This document shows, one piece after another, positions 1 through 12,121 of a stretch of DNA of 64,000 bases. The position numbers and the translations under genes were made by a program. The stretch is from Zygnema circumcarinatum SAG 698-1b. Its lineage: Eukaryota > Plantae > Zygnematophyceae. Each line of letters begins with the position of its first letter. The stretch's first letter is position 1. The stretch is from contig CM074812.1 in NCBI GenBank assembly GCA_037447605.1, forward strand, positions 2,046,001-2,110,000. Direction: 5' to 3'. The notes under the pieces were generated by a model. That model saw only the letters and a program-made list of their open reading frames with translations, had not been told where the DNA came from and searched no databases.

Positions 1-1655
1 CGGACGTGGAGGCGGACCGCGTGGTTGTGGCGAGCCTCGACGGGATTGTGTCCGTAGCCGAGATCATGGTGTACAACCCGCAGGTGCAGGCATTGGTGCC
101 CATTCGGGCCAGGAAGAAGATGGGGAAGGTAGGCACTCGCTCTTCTCGTCCTATCCCCTCTCTCTCTCTCTCCCTCTCTCTCTCGTGGCCCTCTCATCTT
201 TCCATTTTATAGGTCAGCCTCTCCGGGATAACGCACATACGCGCGTGCACAGAGGGGCTCATCATGGCTGCATTGCGGGCCATGGCGGGAGGCAGATTCC
301 GGTGAATGCCCCGCGGATGTTTGTGTGGCGAGAGGAGCGATTTTGGTATTCGTCGCGAGATGGACATTGGACGCGGCGTGCCTTCAAGGCGGGCAGCACG
401 TACGCGGAGATTCACGCGTTGGCTGCTCGCATTGCAGCGGAGGATGCACCTGAAGGTGTGCGCCTGCCTGAACCCTAGGGGCCGCAATCCATGAGGACTT
501 GGAATCCATCGCCGTCTGAACCCTTTGTGCCTATCTAAAGTGAGCATGGACGAGCTTTAATGATGTAGGAGGCTCGCGGAGCAGCAAGTCGCAGAGAATG
601 CTCACATATGGACCCAACACCCTGCATGTGCACGTGCCGAGCTTCAAGTGAGCTTCACCTCTTGGCCTCCGCGAATTGCTGGTATTCTGAGGGGGACTCC
701 AGGGATTCACATCTAAAAATAAACAAAGATTTCGGGATTTTGAAGAAAGTGCAAATAACGGTAAATGCTGAAGATATCAATTTTACAGCTGTTGATTGTA
801 GATTTCAGGTCTTGAATTCAACCAACAGTTTCAACACCTAAGCAATCAAGGATGACCCGAGTCCCCAGAGAGAAAACGCCTATTTTTGTGAATAATTTTA
901 ATCCTTCGTATTGCCGATTTGGCGCACAGGCGATTGGTCATGGAAGAAGCATTCAAGCCCTTCTTTCTGTTTCAAGTCTTCTCTGTCACGTCTTGGCTGT
1001 TCTTAGGTGCGCCTCCCTCTCCCCCTCCCCCTCCTCCTCCCCCTCCTCGTCACCCTACCCCTCCCNNNNNNNNNNACCCCCCCCCGCTTCCCCTCCCCCT
1101 CCTCCCCCTCTGGGGGGGCGTGCTTGTTCTCCCTCTCTCTCTTCTCCTCGTTCCTCTCATCTCCAAACTTCAACTTCTTCTGCACCACTCCCCATGCTCA
1201 CGCTTACTTAGAACTCCTCCCTCCCTTTCAGCCTTCCGCGAACACTTCCCCTATCCTTTCACATTTTTCCAATGTATTGCCGTGTGCAGACTACGCGACC
1301 TACGCGTACATCATCATAGTCCTGACGGTCCTGGCCGTGCTGTACAGCGCGTACGAGACCTGGAGCAGCCTCACCGCCGTCAAGCGCCTCGCGCAGACCG
1401 ACACGCGCGTGCGCCGCCTCGCGCTCAAAAAGGGAGCAGGCCTCGCCCTCGTGCCGGAGGAAGTCTCCTCCGCTGACCTGCTGCCGGGGGACCTGGTGAG
1501 GGCCTAAAAACCCTAAAAACCAACCATTCGTTGGAAGTCGGAGGAGGCTGCATATATCTAGAAACCCTAAAAACCATAATAGCGCTGTCCTCTTGTTGTT
1601 GATCGTGCGTATGAATCCGGTTTGTACCCTAAAAACCCTGAAAAGTGGAGGGAGA

Positions 1656-1693
<38 letters not shown>

Positions 1694-4600
1694 AGGGGAG
1701 TGTGACGGGGAGGCGGCGGAGGGGTGCAGGTGGAGGTGGAGGCGGGCATGGCGGTGCCCTGCGACCTGATCCTGCTGGCGGGGCAGTGCGTGGTTTCGGA
1801 GGCGATGCTGACCGGCGAGAGCGCGCCCGTCCTCAAGAGCGCGCTGCCGCCGGACGTCTCTCCGCACTCGCCGGTGCGCGGCTATGCCATGCATGCCCAT
1901 GTTGGACGTCACGTCACGTGACGGTCAATGTCGATGCTGGATGTATGAGAGAGAGAACATTTGTGAGCTGGATGTATGAGATGTGTGTCATTGTGGAACG
2001 CAAAAACATGATAATGAATATCAATGTCTAATGTCGGTACTATGTGGAAATGTTAACGTGTGCTATACGTGTCCTTGCCGAATGTAATATTCGTTATGAA
2101 TGTTGATTTAGAATGTCGTCACAAAAGCCAACTTGAAATCTTTGGTAACGATGCCAATGTCGATGCATGTTACGAGTTCGCTTTCAACCAGGCTGCAGGC
2201 GTGAGTGAGTGAGTGAGTGTCAGATACGGACTGACTGCAAGCACAAATGTTGAGGGCATGCCGCGAATGTCAATGTGCAATGCATGCATGCATGCATGCT
2301 GTGCCGTGCCGTGCCGTGACATGACGCGAGGTGACGTGACGCGACGTGACATGACGGTGTCCCGGGTCGCAGGAGTACTCCCCCCTGGCGGAGCGCGACG
2401 CGCGGTACCGTCTGATGGCGGGCACGCAGGTCCTGCAGACGCGCCGCGCCCGCGGGCCGCCGCTGCCGCTGCCGCCCCTCCGCCCCGCAGGGGAGGGGGG
2501 GGAGGGCCCGCTCGCGCTATGGCAGCTGCACGCCGCCCCGCAGGTGCTCCCCTCCCCTCTCTTCCCCTTCTCTCCCCTTCCTCCCTCCCCTCCCCCTCCC
2601 CTCTCTTCCCCTTCTCTCCCCTTTCTCCTCCCCTCCCTCCTTCCTCTCCCTCCCTTCCTCCCTCCCTCCCCTCCCTCCCTCCCTCCCCTCCCTCCCTCCT
2701 CCCCTCCCTCCCTCCCCTCCCCTCCCTCCTCCCCTCCTTCCCTCCCCTCCCTCCTCCCTCCCTCCTCCCTCCCTCCCCTCCCCTCCCCTCCCTCCCTTCC
2801 TCTCCCCTCCCTCCCTCCTTCCCTCCTCCCCTCCCTCTCCTCCCCTCCCCTCCCTCCTCCTCCCCTCCTTCCCTCCCCTCCCTCCCTCTCCTCCCCTCCC
2901 CTCCCTCCCTCCCCTCCCTCCTCCTCCCCTCCCCTCCCTCCCTCCTTCCCTCCCCTCCTCCCCTCCTCCCCTCCTCCCCTCCCTCCCTCCCTTCCCTCCC
3001 CTCCCTCCCTCTCCTCCCCTCCCCTCCCTCCCTCCCTCCCCTCCCTCCCCTCCCTTCCCTTCCCTCCCCTCCTCCCCTCCCCTCCCTCCCTCCCTCCCCT
3101 CCCTCCCTCCCTCCCTTCCCTCCCCTCCCTCCCTCTCCTCCCTCCCTCCCTCCTCCCCTCCCTCCCTCCCTCCTTCCCTCCCTCCCTCCTCCCCTCCTCC
3201 CCTCCCTCCTCCTTCCCTCCCCTCCTCCTTCCCTCCCCTCCCTCCCTCTCCTCCCTCCCTCCCTCTCTTCCCCTCCTCTCCCCTTTCTCCTCCCTCCCCT
3301 CCCCTCCCTCTCCTCCCCTCGAGCTTCTAGAGCATGACTATTCCCTTGTTAGCGACCCTATGTCCTTCAGTCTCTGCGATGGACTATAGGAACTACCTTT
3401 AAGCAGCTTTTGCGTCGATCCTGAAGGCTGGTAAAATTGCGAGAGTGGACTATTGCCGTAGATCCTTGGCCGTGCATCCTGGAGAGTCAGATCCTTGCGC
3501 CTCAGTCTACGTCCATCCTGCACTTTCCAGCTTAGGTCGTACGTACTCCTGCTGCCTGTCAGGCTCGCAGCCCACAACGTCCTAAGGCCTACTCACGCAT
3601 CCAAGATATACACTCTTATCCTCAAACTTATACCAGACATGTACTCAGATCTTACAGCACTGCTAGTGAATACATTTATACATTCATGCGTTTATCTCTT
3701 CACGTGTTTCCGCATTTGGATGCTTCCATTGCTATGTATATATATTCATACATCATGGCGGCGGGAAGCAGGTGGCAGATTTCCCCGTTGCGGCGATGGT
3801 GGCAGGGACGAGTTATGCGACGGCGAAGGGGCAGCTAATCCGAGCCATCCTCTTCCCCAAACCGGCCAAGTACGACTTCGAACGCAAGCTGTACTACTTC
3901 GTCGCCAACCTCGTGGGTGAGCTAAACTACTAAGGCATACACGGGGCAAAAAACGTTTTATACTGTGTAAATGAAGAGATTCAACAGCGACTAGAGGTTA
4001 GGGTGTTGGGGGGCTGACACAAGTCATCCCTCAAGTTGGGGTGACGGATTTTAGTTGCACGCTTTGCTATGCGGTAAGAGCAAAGGATCAGGTCTTGAGA
4101 GAGTATCGAACACAAGCTTTGAGGTTATATGAGGCTGAAATTCAACTCCGATGAGTTGCTAAATGACAGCTGCGGCGTTGCCTTGCAGTGTTCCTGGTGT
4201 TCTCCTGCTCTCTCGTCATCATCTGGCAATGGAACAAGGTGGGTGCTTCACTCCGGCCTTTGTGTGAAATCTGGTTTACTTTATGTTCCTTTTGAATAGC
4301 TTGTGAGACACCTACCAGCATCGCATTCTCGTTGAGGTGACTCGACCCACGGGTCAATCTGCCGAATCGACTGTTTTCTTTGCGTTTCCTGCAAGCAATT
4401 CTCTCAACTCATTGGTCCTCGGCCTCCTCTCAACTCTACCCCTTCCCCTTCCCCTTCCCATCCTACATGAACCAAACTCCTATTGCCACCTCAACTCCCC
4501 ACTTTTTCCCCTTTTCTCTAGTCTCCTTCCTAACCCTCCCACTCCTCATCGCTCCCCTCTCCCCGAGCCTCCTTCATTGATCCTCAACCGTGCCCCTCCC

Positions 4601-6787
4601 CCTCTCCCTCTCCCTCTCCCTCTCCCTCTCCCTCTCCCTCTCCCTCTCCCTCTCCCTCCCCCCCCCCTCCATTTCCTGCAGAAAACCCCCCTCCAAGTGC
4701 TCCTAGAAGTGGTTAACTTGATCACCATCACAGTCCCCCCCCAGCTCCCTCTCGCTCTCTCTATCGGCCTCTCCGCCTCCTTCGACCGTCTCCAGCGGCA
4801 GGGAATAAGGTGCCTCCACCCCGCCCGCATTCTGGCGGGAGGGAGGGTTAGCCTCACAGCGTTTGACAAGACGGGTACGCTCACGGAGGAGGGGCTCAGC
4901 CTCAGGGGGGTCTGTCTCTGCCACGTGGCGGCTTCTGAGAGGGCGGGGGAGCTCCACCTGGCGCCGCTGGAGGAGAACATTCAGGGAACGTTCGTTTCCG
5001 CGCAGAAGGTGGGAAGGGATCGGGTTGGAATGTCGGTTGTATGGGTTTTGGGTTTTTCTGATGATTTCGGCTTTTGGAGTCTTCAATGGGTTGTAGTTCT
5101 CGTCTTACTGTGGAAACCACATTCGTTTCCTTCGAATGTGCACATTTCCTTACAGCTTGAAGTTTGTAGAAACCAGTTAAAGTTTGGAAAATCACAGCAA
5201 AAAAAACACCGGAAGTTGAAGAGGTGAAGGACAAGAGCCTTACAAAGGCCGTGTAGGAATTATCTATAATCTGCTGTAGCACTCGCAGAGAATTCTTTAA
5301 ACTCGTCTGCAAGTAGTCTAATTTTCTTGAACCCACCATCCCTGTCCCTGTAGAAAACATGAATGAACATGAACATGCACATGAACATGAACATGAAGAT
5401 TTTCGTTTTTGATCTTTTTTTTTTTTTTTTCTCCCTCTGCATATTGTCCCTCAGGCCGCCCTCAGCTCGAGCCGCCAAGACTCCTACCTGGCGCAGTGCC
5501 AGCTGGCGCTCTTCCATTCGTTGGCTTCCTGCCACAGCATTTCCGTCATGGCCGAGCCGCCGGCGAAGCTGACGTCATCCCGAGGGGGACTCGAGGACGA
5601 CGCCTCCTCCACCGCCAGCCTCCCCACGTCCACGTGGCAGCGCCTCACTGGTCGGCTGACGTCACTCTGGAAAGGGGACTCCGCCATGGATTACAAGAGG
5701 CAGGGCGCGCCGTCCGCCATGGCTGCCGCCGAGGAGGAGACGGGGGAGGGGCCACCTGAGAAGTACATTGGAGACCCCCTGGAGGTGGAGATGTTTTCTG
5801 CAACAGGTGGGTAGCCAGGGTTTGCGTTTTAGGGTTTTTAGGGTTTTTAGGGAAAACTAATCATGGGGTTTTGCAAATTAGTAGCGAACCTTGCGTAATT
5901 TTTTAATGGTCACATGAGGTGACCTCTACAAAGGGTTTTTTTTTTTTTGGAAGAGGTCTTGATTTTCTCTGTGCATGTGAAATCAATCAATCGATCCTCG
6001 CCTTGCAGGATGGACCTTCTTGACTCGTCCCGAAGAATCTTCCTCCTCCTCCTCCTCCTCCTCCTCCCCCCTCTCCCCGCTGTGGCACCACCCGCACGTG
6101 CATGCCAGCGTGGACGTGATCGTGACGCCGCCAGGCCAGCTGGCAGACGTTCATTCGTCGCTGGCGATCCTGCGGCGGTTTGACTTTGACTCCGATTTGC
6201 GGCTAATGAGCGCAGTGGTGGTGGAGCTCCGCCCGCGGGCCGGGGAGGGAGAGACGCCCAAAATGTGGCTGCTTACAAAGGGGGCCCCGGAGAGGTATAC
6301 CTGCTCTACTCTACTGTACATGTGCTATGTAACGGAATGTATGTAACAGAATGTTTGTAACAGAATGTATGTAACTATACAGATGTGGTTCTTCTTCTTC
6401 TTCTTCTTCTTCTCTCGCGTCATTTTCGGAATGATGCTGAGTTCCCTTTCGGAGCAACTATTTCAATTTCATTTGGAGGGTCGAGTGTTTGTAAACTATG
6501 ACTATATTTTTATTTTTATTTTTTTTTTGATTGCAGTGTGCAGGAGAGGTGCGTGGCGGAGTCGGTCCCGTCTAATTTCGAAGCGCAGCTGCAAGAGTTG
6601 GCGCTGAACGGCGACCGCGTGCTCGCCTGCGCGATGCGGCCCTTGGACGGGCTCGCCATTGAAACGGTAACCTCGCTCGCCTCCCTCCTCTCCGATTCTC
6701 ATGCACATTGCGAGAAAGAAAGAAGCGACCCCCACTTGTCTACTTTCGGGGAACAGTGAACAAGCTGCAACTAACAGTGAAGCTCTC

Positions 6788-6840
<53 letters not shown>

Positions 6841-9800
6841 CCATGGCGGCCATGGTGATGGCGGGGGTGACGGCAGGTCCTGCGGGCGCCCCGCGCGCGG
6901 CTGGAGGCGGGCCTGGCCCTGGCGGGCCTCGCGGCCCTCGAGAACCGCCTCAAGGCGGGCACGCGCGGGGCGCTGCGGGGCCTCGCGCTCGCGGGCCTGC
7001 GCGCGGTCATGGTCACGGGGGACGCCGCGCTCACCGCAGTCGCCGTCGCCAGGTATGACCCTCGCCATGACCCTCGCCATGACCATCGTTGACTTTGTCG
7101 TGTTCAAGTCTTTTTGTTCATTGTTTTGAATGGACGTCATTTTGTGGCTTTTTTGTCGATTTCTGGTGATGTCATTGTTATTTTCTAGCGCATTATTGTC
7201 ATTATTATCATTCGTCGTTTTCGGTCGGTGTCGCTCCGGTCCGCCTCCGTGTCATCATTGCCGTTTGTCGGCGACTTCGCAGCTCCAAACTCTGTCGCTT
7301 TTCAAAACCTCTCCATATCCGTGACGTCATCACATCATCGCTGGTGATGTCAGCACATCTCGCATTAGGGTACATATGCCGTCAGCACGTCTGCACGTGA
7401 TGCCCATGCTGACGTCACCGCGCGGCCCGGCGCCTCCAGGAAGTGCGGGCCGTACTTCCTGCGCGCGGAGGCGACCTTCCTCGTGGACGCGCGCCCGAGG
7501 GACGCGGGGGACGGCCCGGGGGACGCCGGGGACGCCACGGGGACGGGGTGCGTCCTGCGCGACCTGAGCACGCTGCGCGAGGCGGACCTGGACACGCTCC
7601 TCGGGGACCTCCCGCAGGCGGGCGCGGACGTCGAGGCGGGCATCTCCGCGGTGAGAGAGAGGGAGAGAGAGAGGGAGAGAGAGTGGGGGAGAGAGAGTGA
7701 GAGTGAGAGAGAGGACCTGCTGATATCAAAAGCACTATGAAAAGTGAAAACTGGTCAAGGGTTGGAAGTCTTTGGAAGTCGTAGAGACTTGCAAGGCCCA
7801 AGGTTTAAACCATCACAGACCGCTGGATTCCTGAGAAAGCGGTCCTCGTGTGGGAGGGGGCCATGGAAATTGAGACACAACGAGGGGTAGAGGCGGAGAG
7901 AAGTGAGAGAAGGGGAGAATAGGCGACCCCCTCCCCCTCACCCCCCCTTTCTCTCCACTCCCCCTCCCCCATCTTCCCCTCACCCCCTCTCCCCCTCCCG
8001 CCCTCCCCCTTTCCCCCTCTACCACCTCCCCCTGCCCCCCCTGCCCCCCCCTCTCCCCCTCCCCTCCCCTCCTCTCCTCGTCTCCCCCTCCCCTTCTCTC
8101 CGCCTCCTCTCTTCTCCCCCTCCCCCCCTCTTCCCTTCCCCTACTCCTTCCCCCCTCTCCCCTCCCCCTCCCCCTCCCCCCCTCCCCCTCCCCCCCTCCC
8201 CCCTCGCCTTCCTGAGAAAGTCCATCATACTGAAAGTGACAGCCCCCTGGCGGGCTGGGGTGGCGTTTTGGCAGCTGCGGCAGCCCTGGCTGGCGGGCGG
8301 GGTCATGGGCGGGGTCATGGGCGGGGTCACGGCGGCGGGCGGGCGCGGGGGCGCGGGCGTGTCCCTGGCGGTCACGGGCCGCGCCTTCTCCGCGCTGGCG
8401 GCGCAGCATGCGGCGCTCGCACGTGCGGGCCGCGCGGTGTACGGCGAGGGCCACGTGGCGGGCGCGACGGCGCTCGAGATGGTCGCGGCACGTGCGGGCG
8501 TGTTCGCGCGGATGACGCCAAGGAACAAGCTCGACCTCGTGTACTGCCTGCAGGACCTCGGCTACACCGTCTGCATGTACGGCTGCCTCTCCCCCTCTCC
8601 CTCGCTCGGTCTCTCTCTCCCTCTCTCTCGAACACTGTCTCTGTCTCTCTCTCTCACTGTGTTTCTCTCTCTCTCTCTCTCTCTCTGTTTATCACCCTCT
8701 CACTTTGCCGTCTCTATCGCTCTCGCAGACTCACACACACTGTGTGTATGCGTGTGTATGTATGTGTCGTAACTGAGACTCGAATTAACTTTGGAAAGGT
8801 CCACACTTCCCTCCCTCTCTCTCTCTCTCTCTCTCTCGTTCGCTCTCTGTGTGGGAGCAGGACAGGAGATGGAGCCAACGACTCCAGTGCTTTGAAAGCC
8901 GCTGACGTCGGCATAAGGTGCGCCCCGTACACTGTCTCTCCTGCTTTTTGTGAAGTCGCCTCCTGCTCGTTCATAAGCGCTTTGAGAGTAGTACGGCGGT
9001 ACGGCTGTACGGATGCTGTAGCCAGCAGCGCCTGAAGCTTTCTCTGAGTGGTGGGCCCACTCACCCTTTTCTCTCCCTCCCTCCCTCCCTCCCTCCCTCT
9101 CCCGCAGCATCGCGAGCAGTCTGAAGCAGGAGGACAATTCCGTCGCAGCGGCTCCAAGCATCGCCGCTCCATTCTCCACTCATATTGATCACATTGGGGT
9201 GGTGGCACAGGTACACCCCCCTCGCCCATTCTCTCTCCCTCTCCCTCTCCCTCTCCCCCTCCCTCTCGCTCCCTTCTCCCTCCCGCACTTTCCCTCGCTC
9301 TCTTTACTCATTTTCACTTCGGCCTTATACTCTCTCTCTCTCTCCTGCTCCACTATCTCTCCCTTACATCCCTTCACGCTTTCAGTTCCTTTGCCTCACT
9401 CTCCCCATCGCTCCCACACTCCGACTCACTCTCCATCTTGCTCTTCCTCGCTCTTATCGCATGTTTAGATTGTTATAACTTTAGGCATCATGTAACGGCA
9501 AGGAACAAACTGTTCTGTGCGGACCTGTAACTGTAACTGTAACTGTAACTGTAACTGCGGTTCCATGCAGGTCCTGAGCGAGGGGCGCTGCGCGTTAGTG
9601 AATGCGACCACTATGTTCAAGTACATGTACTTCTATGCGCTCATTCAAACGACCGCTGTCGTAATTCTATACAAGTGAGTCTCGCACTTCACCCCAAAAC
9701 CCCAAATTTCCAAATTGCCAATTTCCCCCTGCAGCTGCTATCGACAGAGGAGACCAAACCCCCCACGAACCATGAAAGCATCTAAACGAGCTCGTCCCAA

Positions 9801-10189
9801 AGCCAAAGTTGAAGTTGAAGCTGAAGACGAAGTGGCAAATGTGAGAGAGGCTGACCGAGAGAGAGAGAGAGAGAGGCTGACAGAGAGAGAGCGAGAGAGA
9901 AAGAGAGGGAGAGGGAGAGAGAGAGAGGCTGACCGAGAGAGAGAGAGAGGGGGGGCGCAGCCACGACGAGGACATGGGCCAGTACCAGTACCTCTACGGA
10001 GACCTTTTTGTCGTATTCACGCTGATCCTGGTCCTTCCGGGGACCGCGCCCAATAAGCAGCTGACACGTGGCCGGCCGGAGGGCAACCTGCTGGCGCTAC
10101 CCGTCCTCGTCAGCGTGTACGGACAGAGCGCGCTCCTTGTCGCCTTCCAAGTCGGCACTTACCTCTTCCTCCAAAGCCAGGTGCTGCCT

Positions 10190-10234
<45 letters not shown>

Positions 10235-10525
10235 ATCTCTATCTCTCTCTCTCTCACTGTCCCTCTTGCATTCCCCCCCTCTCTCTCTCATTCTTTCCCT
10301 CACTCTCTCTCGCTCTCTTTCCCTCGCACTTCCTCTCTTCCGCTCGCCCTTTCCCTCTCTTTCTTTCTTTCCCTCTCCAATTCACTGTTTCCCTCTACCT
10401 CTCTCGATCTTTCTCTTCTCTCTATCTCCCGATCGCTCCCTCTGTCTCTCCCTTCTCCCTCCTCTCCAACCTCTCTTTTCCTCTCTCCCTCGCTCTCCCC
10501 CACTTTTCCTCTTTCTCTCCCTTTC

Positions 10526-10562
<37 letters not shown>

Positions 10563-11435
10563 CCTTTCTCACGCTCTCTCTTTCCTCTGACTATGATTCG
10601 GGGCCAAGTGCAGACCTGGTACGTTAACACCGCAGCGCTTGCGAGCACAACGAACGGAGTGTTCTTTTACAGCCAAGACTGCACCGTCATGTTTCTCATT
10701 TCGTCCTTTCAGGTCACCTCCTTACACCTTCCCCTATCCTCATACTCATCTCCGCCATTGCGCGACTCTCCTCCTCCCACCCTCTCTCTTATCCCTCCTT
10801 CCCTCCCCCTCCCCCCCCCCCCCCCTCACTTTCTTTTGATGCTCGTCCTCATCTCAGCAATTGCACGACTCTCCCCTCTCCCCCACTCTCCCTCCCTCCC
10901 TCCCTCCCTCCTTCCCCCCCCCCCCGCCCTCTCCCTCTGTAGCTGATCCCATACTCATCTCAGCGTTTCCCGACTCTCCTCTCTCCCTCCCTCTCCCTCT
11001 CCCCCCCTGCAGTACACCACGATCGCCATGGCTCTCTCTCAGAGCTTCGGCCTCTTCCGCGCTCCCGTGTGGTCCAACCGCTCTCTCTGCATCGCCCTCG
11101 CCCTGCAACTCATCACCTCGAGCGTGCTCGTTCTCTCCCCTCCCTCCTTCGCCCTCTCCCTCTTCTCCATGGTCGACCTCCTCCCTCACCGCGACTTCCT
11201 CCTCTGCCTCTTCCTCCTCGCTCTCGCCAATGGCGCCTGCTTCATCCTCTTCGAGAGAATGGCAGTGCGCCACGTGGCAGATGAACCCGACGCCATAGAC
11301 CCGAGCGAGCTCGCTCTGCGTCCACTCCCTCTCTCTCGCTCGTCCTCTGAGAAAGGGAAGAAGGACCTCCCGCGATTCGTCGCCGTACAGAAGATCTCTG
11401 AACCCTTTTGGAGCTCCTTGGCTTCTACGAAATAA
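1..11435 (+). CDS. P5B-type ATPase (ATP13A2-5/Ypk9 family), about 21 exons, 5' end outside window
   Basis: Exons (some boundaries approximate): <1-128, 218-455, 569-647, 930-1006, 1290-1495, 1730-~1855, 2373-2543, 3772-3916, 4189-4238, 4682-5008, ~5455-5806, ~6010-6294, ~6537-6666, 6878-7053, 7440-7650, ~8275-8577, 8861-8917, ~9108-9210, 9571-9675, 9961-10180, 10614-10712, 11012-11435. Motifs appear in the expected order: [43 protein letters not shown] (4865-4885), [54 protein letters not shown] rather than KILALN indicates P5B. Confidence 0.93.
1066..1075. other. Assembly gap (10 N); further gaps at 21358-21367, 28457-28466, 35154-35163, 54961-54970, 62136-62145
   Basis: Runs of N, each inside a C-rich or G-rich low-complexity tract; true lengths unknown. 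Confidence 1.
2545..3320 (+). repeat. Intronic homopyrimidine (CCCT/CCT/CT) low-complexity block
   Basis: About 780 nt almost purely C/T between P5B exons ending 2543 and starting 3772. Confidence 0.95.
9525..9554 (+). repeat. (CTGTAA)5 microsatellite just upstream of a 3' splice site
   Basis: Five exact copies ending 14 nt before the AG at 9569-9570. Confidence 0.9.
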
Positions 11436-11457
11436 GTCTCTCTCGTTCTCTCTCTTC

Positions 11458-11492
<35 letters not shown>

Positions 11493-12121
11493 ACATTTCC
11501 CTCTCTCGTAGCTCCCCTCTCCCCTTCCCTAGGTCACTGTCTCTTTCGTTAGATGAAATTATGTCCGTGTGTGAAATAATTCGTTTGTTTTAGTGTACAT
11601 AGATTGACAAGAAGGGTTATTTGTCGCCACCCCAAATGCGGGTCTCCACTTACTTTAAATTGATGTTACAATTTAGGATTTCGAGCCTGTCGGTCCGTTC
11701 AAAAGCCGACCGGCGCAATGTTAGAGTCAGACAGCGTCTTTTTAATCGTTAGCGTTTAGTGTACCAAAGAAATAATTTATGTTCAAATGAATAGCGAATG
11801 CTCTATTGGTCAGCACACTGCGTTACCCTGTTTTTGCCTTTCCTTCTTGGGGTTCTCAACGGCTCAATGATGGAATCAAAGTGATGGAAAGAAGGAAAAG
11901 TAAATGGTGGAATCGTTCAGCCTTGGAATCAAAGTAAGAAAGGAATGGCCACCATATTCTTCGCATCAATTCCTGTTGTCAAGCCGTAGACAGCACTTTA
12001 TCAAAACCAAAGTCATAAACAGTTTCTAAAAAAAAATAAAGACAATTTCCAGCCCCATCCACCATCAACCATACAATCCACGATAAATTTCCCTTTTATT
12101 TTTTCTCAAAGTCACATCATA

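Noticed and set aside
213-305. Separate small gene ending VSLSG...GGRFR* using the AG at 212
   Set aside because: The AG at 217 keeps the frame that continues into P5-type N-terminal motifs ([16 protein letters not shown]), so these exons belong to the ATPase.
569-600. Possible frameshift, because another frame reads LAEQQVAE before RMLTYGPN
   Set aside because: The phase-1 junction 455/569 is already in frame with YGPN, so no frameshift is needed.
2213-3389. Long Pro/Ser/Leu-rich ORFs (374 and 324 aa)
   Set aside because: Only 2373-2543 is exon; the rest is a C/T-only intron block, which cannot contain stop codons.
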